This document shows, piece after piece, positions 25,045 to 31,941 of a DNA stretch of 31,941 nucleotides. The first letter of the stretch is position 1. Each line of letters opens with the position of its first letter. The translations under genes and the position numbers were made by a program. The notes under the pieces were generated by a model. The model was not told the origin of the DNA. It was given only the letters and a program-made list of their open reading frames with translations, and ran no database searches. Origin of the DNA: a virus. Its lineage: Duplodnaviria > Caudoviricetes. Where the stretch lies: positions 1-31,941 of the IMG/VR virus record IMGVR_UViG_3300031949_000900. One strand, given 5' to 3'.

Positions 25045-25187
25045 CACTCCTCCTTCCCCGTGATCTTCTTTAGCGCGCACTTCAGACACCGCCCGAGCCG
25101 CCCATCCGCCAGCACGCTCGCGCCCCGCTTGCCGCACTCGGGGCAGCGTTTGTTCTCGTCGATCGTCAGGGTCCAGGGCTCGCTCAC
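25044..25187 (-). CDS. Small Zn-ribbon protein (47 aa)
   Basis: CPEC...CLKC; GTGA-coupled. Confidence 0.6.
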   Translation of the reverse strand: MSEPWTLTIDENKRCPECGKRGASVLADGRLGRCLKCALKKITGKEE

Positions 25188-25393
25188 GCGCCGCCTCTCC
25201 GTTCGGCCCTGTGCCCCACGTGCCAGTGATCCCCGAACCGGCACTTATAGGCGGCCACGTGTTCACCGGACTGTCGAAGGAGATGGGCATGGTAGAGCGC
25301 GTCCTGTCGGTCATGCACGAGCTTGCCCGTACAGGACTTGCGACGGATGCGCCGCTTGCTGCTCATCTCCTCTCCTCGCTCACGCGCCGCCTC
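25179..25393. repeat. 19-bp direct repeat flanking the 60-aa gene
   Basis: CTCGCTCACGCGCCGCCTC at 25179-25197 and 25375-25393. Confidence 0.85.
25184..25366 (-). CDS. Small basic Zn-binding protein (60 aa)
   Basis: SCTGK...AYKCRFGDHWHVGH, a frequent phage motif; SD GAGGAG. Confidence 0.7.
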   Translation of the reverse strand: MSSKRRIRRKSCTGKLVHDRQDALYHAHLLRQSGEHVAAYKCRFGDHWHVGHRAERRGGA

Positions 25394-26105
25394 CGGGGAC
25401 AGGTAGGGCGAGCGGCAGTATCTCCTGCCGCAGCCGCTTGACCGCGATATCGCAATACTTCGGCTCGATCTCGATGCCGATGGCGCGGCGTCCCATTTCT
25501 TTGGCCGTGATGAGCGTGGATGCTGACCCCGCGAAGGTATCGAGCACGCAGTCGCCGATAGCACTTGAGTTCTCGATGAGTGGCCGAATGACCTCCAGCG
25601 GTTTCTCGGAGGCGTGCTCGCGCTCGGAGGAATGCACAGCGGCCGACTCGATAACATTGCCGACGCCCTTGTCTCCGTACCATGGAGATTCCGGGCGCCG
25701 CGCATAGATCACCAACTCCGTCATCGGCCGGTAGTACGCGCCCATCGTCATGCTTGGCTTCTTCCACACGATCATCTGCACCAGATCGGCGAAGGAGTAA
25801 AGCGCCGGGAAGAGAGCTGGATACGTGATCACGTCGCAGAACACGTACACGCTCCCCGCCGTCTTGAGTGGGCCAGCCACATCCCCGAGCCAGTCCTTGA
25901 AGTACCTCGTGAAGATTGAGTAGTCGCCCCAGTTCCGAGCCCAGACATCCCGCGCCTTGATGCTCCCAGACGGCGACAGGTAGGGCGGGTCGGTCACTAG
26001 CAGATCGATCGACTCACGCGGCAGCAGCGGCAATACCTCGCGGCAATCCCCGCAGTAGAGCGTGATGCCCGGCTCCTCGTAGAAGAGATAGTCACGGAGG
26101 GTCAT
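25380..26105 (-). CDS. N6-adenine/N4-cytosine DNA methyltransferase, beta class (241 aa)
   Basis: GDCREVL, VTDPPY, H.SEKP, VLDTFAGS, IGIEIE. Confidence 0.93.
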   Translation of the reverse strand: MTLRDYLFYEEPGITLYCGDCREVLPLLPRESIDLLVTDPPYLSPSGSIKARDVWARNWGDYSIFTRYFKDWLGDVAGPLKTAGSVYVFCDVITYPALFPALYSFADLVQMIVWKKPSMTMGAYYRPMTELVIYARRPESPWYGDKGVGNVIESAAVHSSEREHASEKPLEVIRPLIENSSAIGDCVLDTFAGSASTLITAKEMGRRAIGIEIEPKYCDIAVKRLRQEILPLALPVPGGGA

Positions 26106-26431
26106 GCCCGCCCCATCAGCACGCTCCCGTACCATGGATGCACTCCGATCACCGCGAACCCCTCGGCCACGAGGTCATCCGGCCGCGCCATCGTGTGCCC
26201 TGTCTCGTGCGCCCACTGGACGGTGAGCGAGGCGCCGACTGCGAGGGCGATCACCGGGCGCGGCAGTCTCTCCTGCTGAATCCAGCACGCCGGGCACACC
26301 CAGAGATTTGTTCCCGGTATGCGCCGGGCGCTCAGAGGCATTCGACCGCAGGCCGCGCAGCGCAACCCTGACCGGCTCCACGCCCGGCGCGCGTCCCGGC
26401 GGGCCCGGCTGCCGCGGCCTCGGCGGGTCAT
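26102..26431 (-). CDS. Hypothetical Zn-finger protein (109 aa)
   Basis: CAAC...CPAC; ATGA overlaps. Confidence 0.6.
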   Translation of the reverse strand: MTRRGRGSRARRDARRAWSRSGLRCAACGRMPLSARRIPGTNLWVCPACWIQQERLPRPVIALAVGASLTVQWAHETGHTMARPDDLVAEGFAVIGVHPWYGSVLMGRA

Positions 26432-28194
26432 CGGTTCAACACCGCCCAGCACAGCGCCTCCGCCTGGTGGACCTCGACCGCGTTGCCCACTTGACGCACC
26501 TGCTGATCCACTGTCCCAGCAAACTGGTAGCCCGTCGGGAAACCCATCGCTCCGGCGAGCTCGTGGACACGGAGCATCCGGAAGCGGATGTCGAGATAGA
26601 GCCCCTTGCCGATCTCGATCCCCTGGCCGGTGACGAGCCCGTAGCGGTCCTTCGTGGTCAAGGTGTCGAGCGGCGCCGCCACCGAGCGAGCCCCGCCCGT
26701 CCGGTTGTACTTGAGCAGGAACGGCTCGACCAGGCCGCGGGTGCCGGCGCCGCCGGACATGATGGTCGGGAGCGGCTCGTCGATCGAGTGCGTCCGCGGC
26801 CTCTGGCCCGGGCGCTCGCCCATGAAAGGGACGATGAACGGGCGGCCGACGGGTTCCGCCTCGCGGCCGTCCGTCACAACAGTCTCGACCAGGGCAGGCC
26901 CCGAACTCGTCGTGAGGGTCCGCATCGGGTCGTGAATCGAGTCGACGTCCATCCGTGTGAACTTCCGGTGCGGCAGAATGAACGGTTCGACCAGCGCCAT
27001 GTGATGCCCGGTGTTCAAGACCGCCAGCGGCTCGTCCACCGAGCGCGGAAGATTGTTGGTCCGGTTGACGACGAGGAAGGGCTCCACAAGACCGAAGCGA
27101 TTCGACCCGTCCACGGTGGGTAGCGGCTGCTCGAGCCCATGCGAGCGCTTCATGCCGTCATCTTTCCCTTGGTGATTCCCGTGGTACTTCACCAGGAACG
27201 GCTCGACCAGCCCGTGCTCACGCGAGCCCGTGAGCGTGCGCATCGGCTCACTGACCGCGCGCACCCGCCCACCATTGCCCCGACCGCTTCCTGCCGGATT
27301 GTCTCCGTGCGCGATGTTCACCAAGAACGGCTCCGCGAGCCCGACGTGCTGGCCGTTCGCCGTCAATGCCGGCACCGGCTCCTCAACTGACTTGGCATCC
27401 ATGTGCCTTCTCAGGATGACGAGGTAGGGCGCCAGCTCAGGCCCGCCGAACTTCGCCAGCCCGATCAAGATCCGCTCGCGTGTCGCCCGCGCCAGTGGCT
27501 TCGAGCGCTGAAAGATGGATTTCCCGGGGACCGACCAGTCGATGATCTCGCGTGCCGCCCGCCACGGGAGCTTGCCATTCGGCAGGTCTCCCGACGGCGC
27601 GTGGGACGCCATGGGCCAGCGCACGGCCCGCGGTCCCTTGAGGGCGAGGATGAAGAGGCGCTTGCGCGTCGTCGCGCCCCCGAAGTCCGCCGCATTCAGG
27701 ACACGCGCGTCGACGGTGTAGCCCATCGCCCGAAGCATGTCGAGGTACTGGCGATAGGTCTCACCGCGCCGACTCGGAATCTGTCGACCGCGCCGATCGG
27801 TCGGCCCCCAGGAACGGAACGCCGGAACGTTCTCGATCACGAGCGCGTCGATGCGGAGCTGATCGGCCCAGCGCAACGGATGCCACGCCGTTGCGCGGCT
27901 CTGCTCGGAAATGGGCCGGCCGCCCCGGCTGTAGCTGTGGCTCGTGCACTCCGGTGAGGCTAGGAGCAGATCGAGTCGCCCACCGGGTACGGCGTGCCGC
28001 GGGTCAACCACGCCGAGGTCTTCGTGCAGGTGCCGGACGCCCGTATGGTTGAGCGCATGCGTCTCCATCGCCTCCTTCCAATGATTCACGGCCAGGAGAT
28101 CCACCGAGCGGCCGAGCCGATGACACGCCCGCAGGAGACCCGTGCTCGTGCCGCCGGCGCCGCAGAAGAGATCGACCGCGTGGACCGTACTCAC
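26428..28194 (-). CDS. C5-cytosine DNA methyltransferase with repeat-expanded variable region (588 aa)
   Basis: DLFCGAGG (I), ASPECT (IV), IENV (VI), TTRKRLF (VIII), RML..HEL..AMGFP (IX), QVGNAV (X). Confidence 0.95.
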   Translation of the reverse strand: MSTVHAVDLFCGAGGTSTGLLRACHRLGRSVDLLAVNHWKEAMETHALNHTGVRHLHEDLGVVDPRHAVPGGRLDLLLASPECTSHSYSRGGRPISEQSRATAWHPLRWADQLRIDALVIENVPAFRSWGPTDRRGRQIPSRRGETYRQYLDMLRAMGYTVDARVLNAADFGGATTRKRLFILALKGPRAVRWPMASHAPSGDLPNGKLPWRAAREIIDWSVPGKSIFQRSKPLARATRERILIGLAKFGGPELAPYLVILRRHMDAKSVEEPVPALTANGQHVGLAEPFLVNIAHGDNPAGSGRGNGGRVRAVSEPMRTLTGSREHGLVEPFLVKYHGNHQGKDDGMKRSHGLEQPLPTVDGSNRFGLVEPFLVVNRTNNLPRSVDEPLAVLNTGHHMALVEPFILPHRKFTRMDVDSIHDPMRTLTTSSGPALVETVVTDGREAEPVGRPFIVPFMGERPGQRPRTHSIDEPLPTIMSGGAGTRGLVEPFLLKYNRTGGARSVAAPLDTLTTKDRYGLVTGQGIEIGKGLYLDIRFRMLRVHELAGAMGFPTGYQFAGTVDQQVRQVGNAVEVHQAEALCWAVLNR

Positions 28195-28490
28195 CGCCCC
28201 TCCACCCGGAACTCATAGTGCCCGCCGCGACGGGAGGAGTACCAGGTCGTCGCCCAGAGGATCACGTTCCGCCGCATCGCGGCGATGATCCACTCGTTGT
28301 CCGACGAGCCGGCCGTCGAGATGCGGTAATACCGACGCGGCTGGCCACCGTCCCCGATTTCGGTGTCCTCGCTCCACCCCCAGTCCGCCGCGTACCAGCA
28401 CGACTTGACGAACGCGAGCCAGCCCGTTGGGTCCTTGGCGGGCCACGCTTCGATCTGGGCGAGCTGGTCCGAGGTGGGGTAGTCGGTCAT
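28191..28490 (-). CDS. Conserved-looking Trp-rich phage protein (99 aa)
   Basis: ISTAG.S.NE.II.A...N...W...W.SSRRGGHYEF; GTGA overlap with the MTase start. Confidence 0.7.
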   Translation of the reverse strand: MTDYPTSDQLAQIEAWPAKDPTGWLAFVKSCWYAADWGWSEDTEIGDGGQPRRYYRISTAGSSDNEWIIAAMRRNVILWATTWYSSRRGGHYEFRVEGR

Positions 28491-28630
28491 GGGGCGCACC
28501 GATGGTCGTGCTCGAGCTCGGGGGGCGCGGGATGGATCACGACGCCTCCAGCGCCCGCTCGTCCGCGAGCGCCTTCCGGGTGAGTCCGCCGCTGGCAATC
28601 AGGTCCATGAACCAGGTTTGCTCCGTGGCA

Positions 28631-28843
28631 TCAGGCGCACCGGGAGCAGAGCGTGGCACTCGCCCACACGCACCCGCCCTCACACGGATCATCCTCGGTG
28701 CACCCGCACTGGACGCAGCGCGGGCCCTCGTCCTCGAGGTCCTCGTCGAGGTCATTGTCCAGCCCGTCCTCGCCGTCGAGATCCTCCAGGAAGTCATCCT
28801 CCTCGTCGAGGTCGACGTCGTCGGGGTTGTAGAACGGGCTCAC
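28631..28843 (-). CDS. Acidic + Cys-rich small protein (70 aa)
   Basis: GTGA overlap with the ParB stop; D/E tract then CVQCGCTEDDPCEGGCVW...LCSRC. Confidence 0.75.
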   Translation of the reverse strand: MSPFYNPDDVDLDEEDDFLEDLDGEDGLDNDLDEDLEDEGPRCVQCGCTEDDPCEGGCVWASATLCSRCA

Positions 28844-30318
28844 CGCTTGCCCGCCTTCTTCTTCGGCTTCACCTTGACCTTCGGCTTCGCGGTCGGCTCC
28901 GGCTTCGGCACCGGCGCGGCCGCGTCGAGGATCTTCCGGACGTCGATGCCGAACGCCTTGGCCCGCTTCGGGAACCGCTCGTGCCCCGACCAGCGATCGG
29001 TCGCCTCGCTGGCCAGCACGGTGAACGCCGCGTGCCGCACCAGGTCCTCCGCCGAGGTCCCGCGCGGCACGTATCGACCGACGTCCGGCTGCCCGCTCCG
29101 CCGGTCCGCGACGGCCTCGAGGATGATGGTGGCGAGGAGGCCGGTCGCTTTCGTCGGGGCTTTCTTCACGGCGGCGGCCACCGCCTCGAGGATTGTCGGC
29201 GCCGCCTTCGTCCACCGGGCCCGCTCGGCCTCTTCGAGCGCCTCCTGCTCCTTCCGCTTGCGCTGCTCGATCTGCCAGCGCTCCTCGCCGGTCTTGCCTG
29301 TCTTCGTGGCGCCGGCGGCGCGCGCCTTCGCCTCCTTCTGCTCCCGGCCCCAGTGCGTCGCGCACTTGTCCTTGTTGACGCAGACCTTGAAGGCCTCGCC
29401 GCGGCCGGGCCCGATGACGATGACGCCGATGACCGCGTGCTCGCACCGCTTGGCTTTGCCGGTGCCGTCGGCGCGCTTCCACGAGCGCGGCCCGAAGGTC
29501 CGGCCCTCGCGCGCCTCCGGGTCGATGTAGTGGTTGTGGGTGATGGGGACGATCTTCTCCGCCTGCTCCCGGGCGGCCGTCACGACGCCCACCGTCTCCG
29601 GGAAGAGCATCGGGTCGGCGGCCGCCGCCTGGAAGCGCACGTGCTCGTCGATCCACTTCTCCAGCTCGCGGACGCTGACGGGCTTCAGGCCGGCATAGGG
29701 ATCCGCCTTCGCGGATGGCCGGTGGTCCTCATCATCGGGATCCCACAGGAGATCTTCGTGCTCGAAGGCCGCCTGGGCGTCGGGCGCGATCGCGCGCTGC
29801 TGGTCCGCAGGCTTGAGCCGGGCCAGGAGGATCGCGTGGCCGGCGGTGATCTTGCCCTCGAAGAAGAGGGCCTGGGCGTCCTTGGTGAGCGAGAGCAGCT
29901 TCATCCGGTCGTAGATGTACTTGACCGACCGCCCCACCCGCTCGGCGATGCGGGCGACGTCGTACTTCGCCCGCGTCATGAGGGTCTGGTATCCGGCCGC
30001 CTCCTCGAGTGGATGCACGTCGACGCGCTGGTCGTTCTCCAATACGAGCACCTCGAGGAAGGCGGTATCGTCCATGTCCCGGACGATCACCGGCACCGAC
30101 GTCAAGCCCGCCAACTTCGCGGCCCGGTAGCGCCGATGGCCCGCGGCAATCTCATAGCCCGTGGCGTTCCCCCGGACCAGCAGCGGGGCGAGCACGCCGA
30201 TCTTGGTCATGCTGTCCGCCAACTCGCGCAGCGACGCCGGGTCGAAGGTCTTGCGCGGATTCCAGGGCGATTCATGGAGTTTCTCCAGCTCGATGGTCGC
30301 GTACGTGCTCGTGCTCAT
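28840..30318 (-). CDS. parB: ParB/Spo0J-family protein (492 aa)
   Basis: NPRK.FD...L.ELA.S...GVL.PLLVR, IAAGHRRYRA, END.R.D.HPLEEA, HTH, ITAGHA; no parA in the window. Confidence 0.92.
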   Translation of the reverse strand: MSTSTYATIELEKLHESPWNPRKTFDPASLRELADSMTKIGVLAPLLVRGNATGYEIAAGHRRYRAAKLAGLTSVPVIVRDMDDTAFLEVLVLENDQRVDVHPLEEAAGYQTLMTRAKYDVARIAERVGRSVKYIYDRMKLLSLTKDAQALFFEGKITAGHAILLARLKPADQQRAIAPDAQAAFEHEDLLWDPDDEDHRPSAKADPYAGLKPVSVRELEKWIDEHVRFQAAAADPMLFPETVGVVTAAREQAEKIVPITHNHYIDPEAREGRTFGPRSWKRADGTGKAKRCEHAVIGVIVIGPGRGEAFKVCVNKDKCATHWGREQKEAKARAAGATKTGKTGEERWQIEQRKRKEQEALEEAERARWTKAAPTILEAVAAAVKKAPTKATGLLATIILEAVADRRSGQPDVGRYVPRGTSAEDLVRHAAFTVLASEATDRWSGHERFPKRAKAFGIDVRKILDAAAPVPKPEPTAKPKVKVKPKKKAGKR

Positions 30319-30947
30319 GCGTTCCTCCGTGGCCCGGGCGGGCGCCGGGCTGTCGTGATCGGCCCGCCCGCATCGGGCCAGTGCTGTCCCTTGACGATGA
30401 ACCCGACCGCGCCCGAGCCAACGCCGAAGGCCGTTGCGATCGAGCCATACGTGGCCCCGCTGGCGAAGCGCTCGCGGATCTTCACAACCTGCTCGGCGGT
30501 GAGTTTCGCCGATGGGTTTCGCGCCCCGGCGAAGCGGCCAGGATGCCGGCGCGACCAGTGGCGCTCCCCGCTCAGCCCCATCGGATTGCGCTGTAGGTGG
30601 GCCCGGCCCTTACTGGCCATGTCCTGCGCGTTCACCAGTTTCGTCCCCAGGAAGTGGTGCGCGTGTCGGACACACCGACGGACGTCACATCGATGACAGA
30701 CGCACTGACCGGCCGGGATCTCGCCCTCGGCAAGCAGCCATGCAACCCGGTGCGCCTGGATCAGGCGGCCCTGGAGATAGAACTGCCCATAGCCGCCCTG
30801 TGTCGTGCTCCCTGTCCAGAGCCAGCAGCCGTCCGGATCATCCGAACGCTCGACTTTGGCCCAGAATCTCGGGCCGACGGCTTCACGTTCAGTGGGCGTG
30901 ATCGATACTGCTGGCGGGACGAGCTGGTAGGCGGTCTCGGTGGTCAT
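30315..30947 (-). CDS. HNH homing endonuclease (Zn-binding loop type) with C-terminal HTH (210 aa)
   Basis: RFWAKV, CWLWTG, GYG.F, AHRVAW, CHRCD..RCV...H.FLGT...N..DM..KGR, AKLT. Confidence 0.9.
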   Translation of the reverse strand: MTTETAYQLVPPAVSITPTEREAVGPRFWAKVERSDDPDGCWLWTGSTTQGGYGQFYLQGRLIQAHRVAWLLAEGEIPAGQCVCHRCDVRRCVRHAHHFLGTKLVNAQDMASKGRAHLQRNPMGLSGERHWSRRHPGRFAGARNPSAKLTAEQVVKIRERFASGATYGSIATAFGVGSGAVGFIVKGQHWPDAGGPITTARRPPGPRRNA

Positions 30948-31607
30948 GGCATCATCGCTTCCGCGAAGGCGGCTTCCAGGGCCTGCTTGAGCGCCCGGGC
31001 GCTCGTGAGCTCGGCCTCGAGCTGCTCGAGCGCCGTCCGGATCGTGGCGACGGGATCGGCCCCGTTCAGGGTGGCCGCGGCGGGCGTGGATCGCCGCGCG
31101 CCTCGCCGCGTCGCCGTCGCCCGCCCCTTCCGCGTGGCGGGCCTCGGCTTCTTCGAGGCGCCCCCCCCCGGTGACCGCCTTGGGGCAGGTCTTCCTGCCG
31201 TGTCCGACTACACCGCAGTTGCCGCACGGTCGTGCCATCGCTGGGTCCTCCTCGTCCTGCTGTGGGCCTGGAGTCGAAACGCCGCGCGCCTCGGCGACCG
31301 CGGCCATGGGGTCGACGTCGTGGACCTTGGTGAGATGGACGGCGAGCTCGCCGAGGCCCGGCTGGGGCCGGTGGCAGCGTGGGCACATCGTCGCCGGGGC
31401 CCGGGTTCCCTTCGCCTCCCGCCTCGCCACCTTGGCCGCATCGTTCGCCGTCGCCCGGGCCCGCTCGACCGCGGCCGGAGCCTCCAGCCCGTGAGCATCC
31501 ATCAGGTGGCCCGCGAGCCCCTGCTCGGTGGACCAGCCGCGCGGACACTGGGGGCAGGGGATGAACCCGCCATGCGGGAGCTGGCCGGGACCTAGGTCGG
31601 CGCGCAT
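30944..31607 (-). CDS. Zn-finger protein (2x C2H2 + CCHC knuckle), frameshifted at G9 tract 31161-31169
   Basis: CPQC-x12-HLMDAH, CPRC-x12-HLTKVH, CGNCGVVGHGRKTC. Removing one G gives a 220-aa protein ending ATGA at the HNH start. Confidence 0.7.
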
Positions 31608-31699
31608 CAGTCGCGGTAGATCTTCTTGAACCCGAGGTAGTAGTCGAGCGGCATCTCGCGGGGTGGCGCTGGGGCAGGCTTCGCGCGAGCGGGCTTCAT
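31607..31699 (-). CDS. Very small hypothetical protein (30 aa)
   Basis: GAGGAG SD; MKPARAKPAPAPPREMPLDYYLGFKKIYRD; TGATG overlap with the next gene. Confidence 0.55.
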   Translation of the reverse strand: MKPARAKPAPAPPREMPLDYYLGFKKIYRD

Positions 31700-31873
31700 G
31701 GGCGGCTCCTCTGCTGGTCGGCCCACCGCTGCGCGGCGAGGGCGGTCAGGGCGGCGGCGCGGACGAGGGGGTCGCGCGCGCGCCGGTTATCTGATCCGCG
31801 AGCAGGTGGGCAATTTCGAGGACGTAAGGCTATGACATTGCTAGGGGATTCGGGCGCGTCAGAACAAGCGCGT

Positions 31874-31903
31874 TTGACCGCTCCCGCGAGCGCGTGGGAT
31901 AAT
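31874..31903 (+). promoter_or_regulatory. Possible rightward promoter TTGACC-N18-GATAAT, leaderless ATG at 31911
   Basis: Extended -10 TGnGATAAT; ATG 7 nt downstream; ORF MRWSPVLVPL runs off the window. Confidence 0.5.
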
Positions 31904-31941
31904 CCCCGCCATGCGATGGTCTCCGGTCCTCGTCCCCTTGG

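Larger units (their letters stand above)
1..31941 (-). mobile_element. Tailed phage / prophage genome segment (replication, packaging, head and head-tail modules); extends beyond both ends
   Basis: Canonical order TerS-TerL-portal-MuF-protease-scaffold-cement-MCP-adaptor-closure-gp10-terminator-tail tube on one strand, preceded by DnaB, initiator, RusA, MTases and ParB. No host housekeeping genes or att/integrase visible. Confidence 0.97.

Noticed and set aside
25380-28194. Restriction-modification system
   Set aside because: No cognate restriction endonuclease adjacent; both MTases look like orphan phage enzymes.
28491-28630. Possible tiny ORFs between the acidic protein and the 99-aa gene
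   Set aside because: Several 10-25 codon candidates in different frames; none could be preferred.
28840-30318. ParABS plasmid-prophage partition system
   Set aside because: No ParA or parS-like palindrome array seen; solo ParB-like genes are common in phage early regions.
28489-30696. Long plus-strand ORFs (735 aa here; also 18040-19920, 7159-8724, 5769-6863, 20466-21704 and others)
   Set aside because: Antisense shadows of well-supported minus-strand genes, expected at high GC; no motifs or SD.

Overview
This window is a high-GC segment of a tailed (probably siphovirus-like) phage or prophage genome, coded almost entirely on the minus strand. In transcription order (right to left) it begins with an early/middle region: Zn-finger protein, HNH nuclease, ParB-like protein, C5- and N6/N4-DNA methyltransferases, many tiny ORFs, RusA-like resolvase, HerA/FtsK-like ATPase, DnaB helicase and a replication initiator with iterons. 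A predicted late promoter follows, then TerS, TerL, portal, MuF-like protein, XkdF-type protease, scaffold, cement, major capsid, head-tail joining genes and the start of the tail tube gene. The best candidate for a new system is a translationally coupled SAM methyltransferase + radical SAM + sialyltransferase/Maf-like glycosyltransferase cassette between the tail terminator and tail tube genes, suggesting virion glyco-modification. Also notable are six free-standing homing endonucleases of four families, with A/T-ending codon patches in neighbouring conserved genes. Other points are a G9 tract that fuses a triple Zn-finger protein to an HNH nuclease, a MerR-like 19-bp-spacer promoter, a split protease with a nested scaffold start, and an antisense promoter-ORF-RHH cassette. 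All calls rest on motif recognition by eye; no searches were run. No integrase, lysis genes, tRNA or CRISPR array were seen, and the host cannot be assigned from the sequence.
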